A stretch of 64,000 nucleotides of DNA, taken from positions 89,533-153,532 of the forward strand of contig DATDQB010000023.1 in the NCBI GenBank assembly GCA_035292445.1, written 5' to 3'. The position numbers and the translations under genes are program-made. Positions 28,389-38,101 of this stretch are shown here, piece after piece. The DNA comes from Candidatus Omnitrophota bacterium (GTDB lineage Bacteria > Omnitrophota > Gorgyraeia > Zapsychrales > Zapsychraceae). Numbering within the stretch: position 1 is the first letter of the stretch; every line of letters begins with the position of its first letter. A model generated the notes under the pieces. That model worked only from the letters and a program-made list of their open reading frames with translations. It did no database searches and was not told where the DNA came from.

Positions 28389-28465
28389 GGGGGATTAGCT
28401 CAGTTGGTTAGAGCGTCTGACTTACATTCAGAAGGTCGAGGGTTCGATCCCTTCATCCCCCACCA
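28389..28465 (+). tRNA. tRNA-Val(TAC)
   Basis: Acceptor GGGGGAT/ATCCCCC, anticodon arm TCTGA-CTTACAT-TCAGA, encoded CCA. Confidence 0.95.
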
Positions 28466-28521
28466 TTTAAAAAAATCTTTACAAAGTTATTTGGGTAAAT
28501 TAGACTAAGTATCAATTTTAG

Positions 28522-28599
28522 GGGGTCGTGGTGTAGCCCGGTTAACATGTCAGCTTGTCACGCTGAAGATCGCGAGTTCAAATCTCGTCGACCCCGCCA
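28522..28599 (+). tRNA. tRNA-Asp(GTC); island integration site
   Basis: Acceptor GGGGTCG/CGACCCC, anticodon arm TCAGC-TTGTCAC-GCTGA, encoded CCA. Confidence 0.95.
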
Positions 28600-30159
28600 T
28601 TTGACATTCTTGGCGTAGTATTCTTCATAAACCTCTTCATTTTCAACAGTTTGAAGAGGTTCTAACCGATTGTGGAGGGTTTGTACCTCTGGCGAGAGGT
28701 TTTGAAGGATCGAGAGGCTTTTCTCGACGTCAATTTGAAGTGTCCTATTCATAAGCGTGAGGTTCGAACCTAAACAGGCCAGAATCTCACGCTTTTCATT
28801 TAGGGAGCCTGTTTCAAATCGTTTTTTGGCTGTCTCAGCAAAAGAGAAGAGTTCCTCGGCTTTATTCATCCAAGATTTAACCCGGTCATTTGAATCCACA
28901 AGTAATGCCTCAAGTTTAGCTTTTTCCTGCATCAATTCCTTTTTCTTTCGCTCATACTCTTCAACGGAAATCTCCTCATTGATCCGCATATTGATGAGGT
29001 TGTCCAGTTTCCGGCGGTTGCCTTCCAGTTGTCTTTGTTGGGAAAAAATTACCTCTTCCCGGTCAACGACTTCCTTTTCCTGCTCTTCTTTAAGGTATTT
29101 CAGAGCCCATTTATGAAATGACGGCGGAATGCGAATGTTCTCCAAAACTTTCATGATCTCAGCTTCGAGGATTTCTTTTCGGACGGGCATCTGAGAGCAT
29201 TTCGGATTAATCCTCTTCGTGCAACGATAATAAGTATAATGATGAAAATTTCCGTTCTTCTGCCGCTTGAATTTCTCTTCGGCGGTGATGGAAGCTCCGC
29301 ATTCTCCACAACGGATTAAGCCGGTATAAGCGAAGGAATGAAATTTGGCCCGGGGGCGGCTTCGGTTGTCGATGATTAACTGAGCCAGATGGAAGTCTGA
29401 TTCGGAAATCATTGGCTCGTGTTTCCCCGGATAAATCTCACCAAGCCAAAGAAAGGAGCCATAATAAAAAGGATTGCGGAATAACCGAAAGAAGGCCGGT
29501 CGGCTTATGATCTTGCCGTCCTGTGTCTTTAAATTCATTTCCTTTGCAACAACATGAAGCTTTTCGAGTGAACATTTCTTTTGTAAAAGTGTTTCCCAAA
29601 GTTGTTTCAATGCCGGGAAAGAATCCGGGTCTCTGAAAATGGGGGGCAAGTCCGGCTGTTGATATTTGTTATTGAGATAGCCAAGAGGGGGACGGTGAGG
29701 ATACCAGCCGTTTTGAATCTTATTTCTGTGACCACGTTTTGCATTAACGCTAAGATCAATGATGTATTGGTTGGCCATGCCGAACTCAAGGCTCATCATC
29801 AAGACGTTATCTTGCGGGTAATAGCTCTTTTGAAAGGTCTGAATGTGCTTGATAAGGGCCTGTTGAAGCATCCAGCTGATTGTGCCTCCATCAATGGGAT
29901 TCCGGGCCAATCTGTCCAATTTCCAGCAAATGATACCATCAGCCACACCTTTATGAATATCGGCCACCATTTGGCTGAAAATGGGCCTTCCCGGGGCTTT
30001 GGCGGACTTTTCCTCAGTCAGGACATCAATGACCTTTAGATTGTATTTCTGGGCCAGCTTCTTGAGTTCGTCGATCTGGGAGGGGATAGAAGCGACCTGC
30101 CGGTCTTCGTTTTCGGAAGACTTTCGGGCATACAAGAAATAACGGGGAGGCAGGGTCAT
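28558..30159 (-). CDS. Large serine recombinase (integrase)
   Basis: YARKSS catalytic motif, WKLDRLARN, NPFYYG recombinase domain, CGECG...YYRC zinc ribbon, coiled coil; 3' end overlaps tRNA-Asp. Confidence 0.95.
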   Translation of the reverse strand: MTLPPRYFLYARKSSENEDRQVASIPSQIDELKKLAQKYNLKVIDVLTEEKSAKAPGRPIFSQMVADIHKGVADGIICWKLDRLARNPIDGGTISWMLQQALIKHIQTFQKSYYPQDNVLMMSLEFGMANQYIIDLSVNAKRGHRNKIQNGWYPHRPPLGYLNNKYQQPDLPPIFRDPDSFPALKQLWETLLQKKCSLEKLHVVAKEMNLKTQDGKIISRPAFFRLFRNPFYYGSFLWLGEIYPGKHEPMISESDFHLAQLIIDNRSRPRAKFHSFAYTGLIRCGECGASITAEEKFKRQKNGNFHHYTYYRCTKRINPKCSQMPVRKEILEAEIMKVLENIRIPPSFHKWALKYLKEEQEKEVVDREEVIFSQQRQLEGNRRKLDNLINMRINEEISVEEYERKKKELMQEKAKLEALLVDSNDRVKSWMNKAEELFSFAETAKKRFETGSLNEKREILACLGSNLTLMNRTLQIDVEKSLSILQNLSPEVQTLHNRLEPLQTVENEEVYEEYYAKNVKWRGRRDLNSRSSA

Positions 30160-30332
30160 TTTTTCTTAATTGATTTCAGGATTTTATCCAGCTCCGCTTT
30201 CTTGTAGAGCCGGTAATTATTCATGGGATGGCGGTAGGGTTTAAGTTTCCCAAGATTATCCCAATTACGCAGGGTTTGACCGGTCACTTTTAGATATTCA
30301 GCCGCTTCTTTGATCGTCATGTAATCGCTCAT
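30156..30332 (-). CDS. MerR/excisionase-like HTH protein, 58 aa (not in ORF track)
   Basis: MSDYMTIKEAAEYLKVTGQTLRNWD..GKL...RHPMNNYRLY; AAGGAG RBS; ATGA overlap with the recombinase. Confidence 0.85.
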   Translation of the reverse strand: MSDYMTIKEAAEYLKVTGQTLRNWDNLGKLKPYRHPMNNYRLYKKAELDKILKSIKKK

Positions 30333-30407
30333 GTTTATTTCTCCTTAACCTTATAAAACATTATAATCAATATTTCGTTAGGTTCAAGTGATTTATTGTT
30401 TAGAATT

Positions 30408-30959
30408 TTATGACTTATTGATATTTATCTGCTTTCCACCATCAGCCGCTATGTTGACTTGTAAAACCATGCCCTTGTTGAGCCTTCTTATCCTTGCAAG
30501 CGTTTCGATAGCCTTTAAATAGCGATTTTGATAGCGTGTCAAATTTTCCTGCCAATACTCTCCTGTACGGATGGAATACTCGCCGCCGGTCAATAGATTG
30601 TGCATTCTTCCTTCAGCATGGTTCATTCCAATCCAACAAAGCATAATCTGATCAATTATCAGTCGCTCGGATTGATCAGAGGTGTTATATCCCAGATTCT
30701 CTCTAATACTCATTACCTCTGCTTTAAGAATTAATTGTTGGGCATTGCTGGGGTTAAGTTTATCAATGAATTGCTCTAATAAACTCCCAGTATAACCTAT
30801 TCCGACTTGACAAAGAGATGGATTATTGCACACCATGTTTTCAGCTTCTCGCAAATCTTTAGAATCCGGTTTTTCTTTATCAATTTTGAAAAGAATGTCT
30901 AAAAACTTTTTAGTTTCATCCTTTAATAAGAATTCCTGCTGACTTTTATTAAATAACAT
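30408..30959 (-). CDS. Hypothetical island protein
   Basis: 183-aa ORF co-oriented in the minus-strand island operon. Confidence 0.7.
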   Translation of the reverse strand: MLFNKSQQEFLLKDETKKFLDILFKIDKEKPDSKDLREAENMVCNNPSLCQVGIGYTGSLLEQFIDKLNPSNAQQLILKAEVMSIRENLGYNTSDQSERLIIDQIMLCWIGMNHAEGRMHNLLTGGEYSIRTGEYWQENLTRYQNRYLKAIETLARIRRLNKGMVLQVNIAADGGKQININKS

Positions 30960-30972
30960 ATCTATATGTCCT

Positions 30973-31467
30973 CTATTTGAATAGTTCTTTTGCTTGTTTA
31001 GCCGTGATACCTATATCCCGAAAAAGGCGGTCAAATTTATGACTCTCTTTAGAGCTCTCATAGGTTAGATTAAAGCAATGCCTACAACCGAAATATTTGC
31101 CGCTGGCCAGATACAGCACCCCAACCCGGCGATTGCACGAATAACCATTGACCACCAGAGGACAGATGAACCACCACCGGCGACCCCCGAAATGGCAGGA
31201 TGTCCAGACCAGTCGGGCCTTATAATCCAGTTCGGCCTTTTCACCGGAGTGCCTGTCGGTCTGTATGTACTGGAAACGGATATATTCGTCGCCTTCCACC
31301 GTTGAAATCACAAAACCAATGCTCCCGGTCTGTTCACCGTTTCGGCTCCAATTACACCCGCCCCAGTGTATACTGCCGTCAAAGTAGCGGTGCTGTTTAA
31401 GGAATTTGGTTGAAAGCGATTTGCATTCCTCGACCGTCCATCTGTTTGAATAAGACCATCTGCCCAT
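30973..31467 (-). CDS. Hypothetical protein with probable Zn-binding motif
   Basis: GGRRWWFICP...C...LY...FGCRHC..LTY pattern, of a kind seen in mobile-element proteins. Confidence 0.75.
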   Translation of the reverse strand: MGRWSYSNRWTVEECKSLSTKFLKQHRYFDGSIHWGGCNWSRNGEQTGSIGFVISTVEGDEYIRFQYIQTDRHSGEKAELDYKARLVWTSCHFGGRRWWFICPLVVNGYSCNRRVGVLYLASGKYFGCRHCFNLTYESSKESHKFDRLFRDIGITAKQAKELFK

Positions 31468-31501
31468 AAAATTGTTATCCTCTCAGAAATTTCCTAAATC
31501 A

Positions 31502-32035
31502 TTAGGGTTTTCTGTCAATAACACTAACAACCGTTCCATTGAAAAGCCGTTTAACCTCGTCAATCCGTTGAAGGGATTCGGCGTCTATCCCTTGAAGCAT
31601 TTCCAGTTCGTTCGGTGTGAAGCAATATGGATTATCCTTTGGGACGGCTGGGGCGGCAGTAAGCGGCTCACTGGGAATCTCTTTTATTTGCGGCGGAATA
31701 TCAATAACCTTTCGGGCGTGAGTTGATTGAATGTGTCCCAAACGTCCCAAAATATCCTTTTGAATAGGTTTATTCTCCGGCGTGGTAGGTGAGGGGTTCC
31801 AAATTTTGAAACCGCTTGGGACGCCGGTCTTAATCCCCGCCAGTTCAAAAATTCTCTGCCGGTGTTTGTGTCCATCGTTTCCCGGGAAGACCACACAGCC
31901 GAACCTGCCGCTTTGCTCAATGAAAAGGTGTTCGCCTTTGCGGTCGTTACCGGCTTCAGCGCAGGCTGGACAGCGGGCAATAACCTTTGTGCCGTGCTGT
32001 TTGACGTTTTCCAGTTTTGACAAGTCTATTCCCAT
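31502..32035 (-). CDS. Hypothetical protein with primase-type Zn-ribbon-like N-terminus
   Basis: ARCPAC...H...FGC; overlaps the end of the primase gene. Confidence 0.65.
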   Translation of the reverse strand: MGIDLSKLENVKQHGTKVIARCPACAEAGNDRKGEHLFIEQSGRFGCVVFPGNDGHKHRQRIFELAGIKTGVPSGFKIWNPSPTTPENKPIQKDILGRLGHIQSTHARKVIDIPPQIKEIPSEPLTAAPAVPKDNPYCFTPNELEMLQGIDAESLQRIDEVKRLFNGTVVSVIDRKP

Positions 32036-33957
32036 CCTTGCGGCTCCTGTCCTTTGAATTTGACCCGGCGGAATCCTTTGACCGATTTGCCGTCTCTGTG
32101 GATGGAGTGCGCCTTTGCCGTCCCAAACAATTCCAGCATTAAGCCTTCAAGTTCCCGGTAAACAACGGTAATGGGTTTGGGGTTCCATCCCATCGAAGGG
32201 CAGTACTCAGCGTATGCCTCAACGATTTCCGGGACGGATAAATCCAGATGATCGTCGCGCTCAATCCGGTCGCTCAGAAAATGGCACAGGCTGTCGCTTT
32301 CGGCCAGCAGGGCATCGACAACACCCTCTTGGGACGGGGGCATTTGAATGTCGCCGATTTGTTCGATGTCTTTAAGAAGTAAGCCTAAGCCTTCAAGGGC
32401 CCAGTTCAATATGCCGGAGCCTTCCTGTTGGATGAGGACATCCGCAAAGTCCGGGATTTTTTTGGCAGGTGGCGGGCCTTCAAACCGGCAGATCAAAAGA
32501 CGCCGTTTCCATGCCCCGATGTCGCCATCCAGTTTGACTTGCAGGCGTGAATTGGCCGTAATTACGATGCAGAAATTTCCTTTCATCTGGAAGTTGCCCG
32601 TGCCGCCTTTTTGCTCGGTATCAAACCAGTCGCCGCCTACCAAACCCTTGATTACATAAGCGCCTTTTTCGGAGAGGAATTTTCCCGGCACGTCAACACC
32701 GACCAAAAGCGTCTTTTTAAGATAGCGGTAAAGCTCAAACCGTTCGCTTAAATGCCGGGTACGTAGTTCCGTGACGTTAATCTGGCCGATGAGTTTCTGG
32801 ATGATGAGGGCAAGGGTTGACTTCCCCTGCCCGGGCTTGCCTTCAAGAATCAGAAACCGCTGGATGAGGTTATTGCCCAACAAGCAAAGCCCGATATATT
32901 TCTGGATGATAAGCGCGTCCTCGACAGTGACGGCGGGCAGTAACAGGTCATTTAAAAACCGTTCGCACCGGACGCTGGCATCAAAAGCAATCGGGCAGTA
33001 ATTGCGGGAGAAAAGATCAGGTGAGAAGGGCAAAAGGTCGGCCTCTTTATTGTCTTTGAAGACAATCACACCGTTGGCCAGATGCACGTAATTGGATGTT
33101 TTCTGGAAAGCGTGCCGTCTCTCGCAGATGCCTTTGAGTTGCGCCACGATGTGATTGAGTGTCGTGGCCGTACGTTTGGTTTCAAGTGCCGGAAGCGAGT
33201 TTTCGCGTGAGACAGCCAGCAGACGTTCGGCGATTTCGTTTTTGATGAGGTGTTCGGTGATGTCGGTGTAAATTCCCGTCTTGTCATCGTAGCGGTAGAA
33301 ACCTCGTTCATCCGGCTCATAGAGCTGGATATGTTCGGCGTTATGCAGTCCGGCCCAGAAACTTTGATTGATGCCTGTAAGATTTCCGTCTTTGTTGAAA
33401 TAATACGGCTGGCCATATTGATCCACCAAAGCGCAGAATGCAGGGTCATTGTCCGCTGGCGTTTCCGTGTCTTGTTCCGGGATGTAGTCGGCAAGGATTT
33501 TTAACAGATCGTCCACGCTGATTGATGCGATAGGCTCATCCTGTTCAACCATATAGGCCGTTTCAGTGTCCGGGTGAATAGAGCCGGGCCCCACAACCTG
33601 AGAACCGTGCGAGATAATCTCACCGTGATCCTGATCGTCTTTCTTGAGTTTGATTTTTTTATCAATGCCCGGGCAAATCAGATAAAAATGAACACCTTTT
33701 TTTGGTGTCTTGACGGTAAACGTCAACGGAAAATGTTCCTTTGCATAAGCGACCATCTCAGGAGAGTCGGCATCAACAATGACCAGATTGCCGCATCCAC
33801 CCAGAACGCCGTAATTATTTCCTTCATTGAACCATTGTTGAATGTCGGTCAATGAGTGAGGATGATTCGGCCAGTTTTTTTCAAAAGGCTTCTTGGATTT
33901 TGGAAGTAGTTTTACAAAACCAAAATCAGGATTGTGTAATTGTTGGGGGATGGTCAT
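32026..33957 (-). CDS. Bifunctional Prim-Pol fused to a P4/D5-type SF3 helicase
   Basis: NYGV..G...IVDAD, TPKKGVHFY, VVGPGS.HP; Walker A GKPGQGKST; AWKRRL; GILNWALEG. Confidence 0.88.
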   Translation of the reverse strand: MTIPQQLHNPDFGFVKLLPKSKKPFEKNWPNHPHSLTDIQQWFNEGNNYGVLGGCGNLVIVDADSPEMVAYAKEHFPLTFTVKTPKKGVHFYLICPGIDKKIKLKKDDQDHGEIISHGSQVVGPGSIHPDTETAYMVEQDEPIASISVDDLLKILADYIPEQDTETPADNDPAFCALVDQYGQPYYFNKDGNLTGINQSFWAGLHNAEHIQLYEPDERGFYRYDDKTGIYTDITEHLIKNEIAERLLAVSRENSLPALETKRTATTLNHIVAQLKGICERRHAFQKTSNYVHLANGVIVFKDNKEADLLPFSPDLFSRNYCPIAFDASVRCERFLNDLLLPAVTVEDALIIQKYIGLCLLGNNLIQRFLILEGKPGQGKSTLALIIQKLIGQINVTELRTRHLSERFELYRYLKKTLLVGVDVPGKFLSEKGAYVIKGLVGGDWFDTEQKGGTGNFQMKGNFCIVITANSRLQVKLDGDIGAWKRRLLICRFEGPPPAKKIPDFADVLIQQEGSGILNWALEGLGLLLKDIEQIGDIQMPPSQEGVVDALLAESDSLCHFLSDRIERDDHLDLSVPEIVEAYAEYCPSMGWNPKPITVVYRELEGLMLELFGTAKAHSIHRDGKSVKGFRRVKFKGQEPQGWE

Positions 33958-34108
33958 TATGAGAACCTTTACATGATGGTTTTACGACGGCTTTAAAGAA
34001 GCGCAGGAAACTTTCCGCCCGGGCCGCGGCCTCATCAAAAGCCAGCGCCTCGCCGCATTCTTTGAAATAGATTTCCTGAAATTCTTTGATCGCTTGTTCG
34101 CTTAGCAT
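33926..34108 (-). CDS. Small hypothetical protein heading the replication operon
   Basis: 60 aa, MLSEQAIKEFQEIY..E.G; overlaps the primase start. Confidence 0.65.
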   Translation of the reverse strand: MLSEQAIKEFQEIYFKECGEALAFDEAAARAESFLRFFKAVVKPSCKGSHNDHPPTITQS

Positions 34109-34131
34109 GATTTATTTGGGCAATAATAAAA

Positions 34132-34158
34132 GATTCCGTAACATTTGCTTACGGAATC
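34132..34158. promoter_or_regulatory. Perfect 10-bp inverted repeat (operator or attenuator)
   Basis: GATTCCGTAA-N7-TTACGGAATC, followed by a T-run on the minus strand just before the 60-aa ORF. Confidence 0.5.
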
Positions 34159-34269
34159 AAGTATAGAGACGAATCAAAAATGTTGTAGATTGATAAACGG
34201 AAGGTTTTTTAAGGTTTTCTATATATAAAGAAAAATCGGGAAAGGCAGGATGTTTCTGTATGGCAAGGC

Positions 34270-35427
34270 TTAATATCCAGGGATTTCTTTACGGGCTTTC
34301 TTAATCCATTCCCTTTTTGCTTTTAATCTTTTTGTCTTATGGCGGGAATAATCTTTCTTGCTGTGGTATTGTCCAAAGCAATTTCTGCCGTCCGTGGTTT
34401 TATTGCAGAATTTCTTGTTGCGGAAATACCTTGCTAATAAACGACAATGCGCGCACTCAATGAGTTGATGATTGGCCTTCATGTCATCTATCAGGCTGTC
34501 GAAAAATAAACCAATAAAATCTACCACTGGATTGGCGGAGGTGTTTCTACGATATAGGATGAAGTTGTTTGCTTCTTCAAAGAACTTCTTGGATATTTTT
34601 TTCTTCTCCTTCCAGAGATGGCATAAACAAGCGACATTTTCAATCAAAGCCTCAAATTCCGCGTCTTTCAGATAAATGAATTCATTCGTGTTTTCGATAA
34701 GCTTTTTGCCGGCAAAGAGAAATTGGCGGATATCGTCCTCGTCAAATTCTTCCTGTAGATAATAAGCAGCGAGAACGTTGAAGGAAGGTTTGGGATTTAA
34801 AGAAATAATCGTATTCTTTAAATCGGACTTCAAATCATCAAAATTTTGATAGTTATCAATACCGCTTGAATCGTCTTTGTTGATTCTGGCTGCGCAGATT
34901 TTACCGGGGCGAATTTTAATGCCGAATAGAAATTTATCAGGGCTTTCGGCGATACACTCTTTCAAATAGGCTTCATTTTGCGGGACATCTTTCAAAGGAA
35001 ATATTGATTTTTTCATACTCTCGACTTTTGATTTGATCAAGTCGTCATAGTCCTTCTCAATAGAATCCTTTGCGGCGGCGTTTATAGATTGAAGGTGATA
35101 TTCTTTTAAATACTGGGCATAGGTCTGGGGGTTGTGAGGTATACCTTCCTTTTTAAGAAGGCGCGGGTGTTGCGCTATGAAATAAGTCATTTCATACTGG
35201 GCATCCACAACATATCCGAGCTTTTTCATCTTTTTATCGTGAAAGGTTATATCAATCACAAAAGAATCAAAGTCAGTGCCGTATTCATAAATCCTGTAGC
35301 GCTGATACGTTTCAGCGCAGAATTTACAGTGATCGTAATCGTCATGAATATAGATGAATTTGTCAGCTTGCCTTATCTCTGGCATATTTATAATAGTTGG
35401 CTTGGTTAAGTCGCCCAGAATTTTCAT
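34270..35427 (-). CDS. Hypothetical protein with C-terminal Cys4 motif and basic tail
   Basis: 385 aa; ECAHC...KKFC...NC followed by a K/R-rich end. Confidence 0.7.
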   Translation of the reverse strand: MKILGDLTKPTIINMPEIRQADKFIYIHDDYDHCKFCAETYQRYRIYEYGTDFDSFVIDITFHDKKMKKLGYVVDAQYEMTYFIAQHPRLLKKEGIPHNPQTYAQYLKEYHLQSINAAAKDSIEKDYDDLIKSKVESMKKSIFPLKDVPQNEAYLKECIAESPDKFLFGIKIRPGKICAARINKDDSSGIDNYQNFDDLKSDLKNTIISLNPKPSFNVLAAYYLQEEFDEDDIRQFLFAGKKLIENTNEFIYLKDAEFEALIENVACLCHLWKEKKKISKKFFEEANNFILYRRNTSANPVVDFIGLFFDSLIDDMKANHQLIECAHCRLLARYFRNKKFCNKTTDGRNCFGQYHSKKDYSRHKTKRLKAKREWIKKARKEIPGY

Positions 35428-35484
35428 AGAAAATGACTATTTTTATATTATAATGTTTTATAATCTTTTTGTAAAGGAGCGGTA

Positions 35485-36948
35485 ATGTTTGAACAGACCT
35501 TTAAAAATATTGACGATATTCTGCATAAAGATGCCGGTTGTTCCAGTGAGCTGGATTATGTGGAGCAGACTTCATGGGTGCTTTTCATGAAGTATCTGGA
35601 TGACCTTGAGAAGGACAAGAAAACCTCGGCCAAGCTGGCGGGAAAGACCTATATAAACATCATCGGCCCCGAATACCGCTGGGACGTTTGGGCGACACCT
35701 AAAGACAAAGACGGCAAGCTGGATCATCATAAAGCCCTTACCGGCGATGACCTAAAAGATTTTGTTGATCACAAGCTGTCTCCCTATCTGAAAAAGTTTA
35801 AGACCAGCGCTCTGGGCCCGGACACTATTGAATACAAGATCGGCGAAATCTTCAGCGAGCTTAAAAACAAAATCCAGAGCGGCTATAACCTTCGCGAGGT
35901 CATCAATCTTGTTGATGAGCTCCGCTTCCGCTCCCATGTCGAAAAGCATGAGATGTCGCATCTCTACGAAGACAAGATTAAAAACATGGGCAACGCGGGC
36001 AGAAACGGCGGCGAATATTACACACCCCGTCCGCTGATTAAAACGATTGTCAAGGTGGTCGCGCCTGAAATCGGCGACAAAATTTATGACGGCGCTGTCG
36101 GTTCGGCAGGCTTCTTGTGCGAGGCCTTTGAATATCTGAAATCCAAAAAGAACCTCACCACCAAAGACGCCCAAACACTTCAGAAAAACACTTTCTACGG
36201 TAAAGAAAAAAAGTCGCTCGCCTACATCATCGGCACGATGAACATGATCCTGCACGGCATTGAAGCGCCCAATATTGTGCATACCAACACGCTGGCCGAG
36301 AACATCATGGACATTCAGGAAAAAGACCGCTATTCAATCGTGCTGGCAAATCCGCCTTTTGGCGGAAAGGAACGCAAGGAAGTCCAGCAGAACTTCCCCA
36401 TCAAGACCGGCGAGACCGCGTTTTTGTTCTTACAACATTTCATCAAGATTCTCAAAGCCGGAGGCCGGGCCGGTGTGGTCATCAAGAACACCTTTCTTTC
36501 AAACACGGACAACGCCTCGATCAGTCTTCGGAAACTCTTGCTGGAAAGCTGTAATCTGCACACGGTGCTTGACCTGCCCGGCGGCACATTCACCGGCGCG
36601 GGTGTCAAGACCGTGGTGCTGTTTTTTGAAAAAGGCGCGCCGACAAAAAAGGTCTGGTTTTACCAGCTTAATCTTGACCGTAACCTCGGCAAGACCAATC
36701 CGCTTAATGAAAACGATCTGGCGGAATTTGTGAAGTTGCAAAAGACCAAAGCGGATTCGGAAAACTCATGGACGGTCAATGTGGCGGATGTTGACAAAAC
36801 GACCTTTGATTTATCCGTCAAGAACCCGCACAGAAAAGATGAAACAGCGTTGCGCGAGCCAAAGGAAATATTGACCTCAATGAAGAAGCTGGACAAAGAG
36901 AGCGAGCAAATCTTAAACGGTATTTTAGAGATGATCCATGAAAAATAA
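35485..36948 (+). CDS. hsdM: Type I R-M methyltransferase subunit
   Basis: GEYYTPR, YDGAVGSAGFL, MNMILHG, ANPPF (m6A). Confidence 0.96.
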   Translation: MFEQTFKNIDDILHKDAGCSSELDYVEQTSWVLFMKYLDDLEKDKKTSAKLAGKTYINIIGPEYRWDVWATPKDKDGKLDHHKALTGDDLKDFVDHKLSPYLKKFKTSALGPDTIEYKIGEIFSELKNKIQSGYNLREVINLVDELRFRSHVEKHEMSHLYEDKIKNMGNAGRNGGEYYTPRPLIKTIVKVVAPEIGDKIYDGAVGSAGFLCEAFEYLKSKKNLTTKDAQTLQKNTFYGKEKKSLAYIIGTMNMILHGIEAPNIVHTNTLAENIMDIQEKDRYSIVLANPPFGGKERKEVQQNFPIKTGETAFLFLQHFIKILKAGGRAGVVIKNTFLSNTDNASISLRKLLLESCNLHTVLDLPGGTFTGAGVKTVVLFFEKGAPTKKVWFYQLNLDRNLGKTNPLNENDLAEFVKLQKTKADSENSWTVNVADVDKTTFDLSVKNPHRKDETALREPKEILTSMKKLDKESEQILNGILEMIHEK

Positions 36949-38101
36949 CTGGCCTATAGGAAAACTTGGCGAAGTTTGTGAAATAAGCACTGGGAAATCT
37001 AATGCTAATGAAGCAGTGGAAGATGGTGAATATGCTTTCTTTGATAGATCGAAAACAATTAAGAAAAGCGTCCGATTCCTTTTCGATTGCGAGGCAATAA
37101 TCATTCCGGGGGAGGGGCAAGAATTTTTTCCTAAATACTATAAAGGAAAATTTGATTTACACCAACGGGCGTATGCACTGTACAATTTCAACGAAAAAGT
37201 CGATATTCAATTTATTTATAAATATCTAATCCATTTTCATAAATATTTTGAAAATGTTGCAGTGGGGGCTACCGCAAAGTCATTAAGATTGCGACATTTT
37301 GAAGAGTTGCCCTTTCCGCTTCCATCACGCTCTGAACAAAAACAAATCGTTAAAGCTTTGGATGATGTTTTTGAAAAGACCTCTAAAGCCAAAGAAAACG
37401 CCGAGAAGAATCTGCAAAACGCCCACGAGCTTTTTGAATCGTATTTGCAAAACGTTTTTGCCAATCCGGGGGATGGGTGGGAAGATAAGCCGTTAAGTGA
37501 AATAACTACAAAAATTGGAAGCGGTGCAACACCCCGTGGAGGAAATAAAAGCTATAAAACAGAAGGCATTTCGTTGATCAGGAGTATGAATGTTCACGAT
37601 TTTGAGTTTAGAGAGAGAAACCTTGCTTTTATTGATGACCAACAAGCAAAAGAATTGAATAATGTTACGCTTCAAGAGAACGATGTTTTATTAAATATTA
37701 CAGGAGCTTCTGTGGCAAGATGTTGTGTTATCCCGAAGGAATATTTACCCGCAAGAGTTAATCAGCATGTTTCAATCATTAGAGCAAAGAAGGAAATTAT
37801 TGACCCAATTTTTCTAGGTTTATTATTAACGTCTAAATTCTATAAAGATCAATTGTTGTTTACTGGTGAACAAGGAGCGACAAGACAGGCAATTACAAAG
37901 GCACAATTAGAAGTTTTTAAGATAGTTTTTCCAAAATCATTGAATGAACAACAAGCCATTGTAAGAAAACTTGACATCCTTTCAATTGAAACCAAAAAGC
38001 TCGAGGCCATTTATCAGCAAAAATTAGCTGATTTGGAAGAATTGAAGAAATCCGTTTTACAGAGAGCTTTTAACGGCGAATTATCGGGGGCGCGGGGATG
38101 A
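36938..38101 (+). CDS. hsdS: Type I R-M specificity subunit
   Basis: Two TRDs, P...EQ..IV conserved repeats, LKKSVLQRAFNGEL end. Confidence 0.95.
   Translation: MKNNWPIGKLGEVCEISTGKSNANEAVEDGEYAFFDRSKTIKKSVRFLFDCEAIIIPGEGQEFFPKYYKGKFDLHQRAYALYNFNEKVDIQFIYKYLIHFHKYFENVAVGATAKSLRLRHFEELPFPLPSRSEQKQIVKALDDVFEKTSKAKENAEKNLQNAHELFESYLQNVFANPGDGWEDKPLSEITTKIGSGATPRGGNKSYKTEGISLIRSMNVHDFEFRERNLAFIDDQQAKELNNVTLQENDVLLNITGASVARCCVIPKEYLPARVNQHVSIIRAKKEIIDPIFLGLLLTSKFYKDQLLFTGEQGATRQAITKAQLEVFKIVFPKSLNEQQAIVRKLDILSIETKKLEAIYQQKLADLEELKKSVLQRAFNGELSGARG

Noticed and set aside
36938-38101. Phase-variable (invertible) hsdS locus
   Set aside because: Single hsdS, no silent TRD copies and no long inverted repeats noticed
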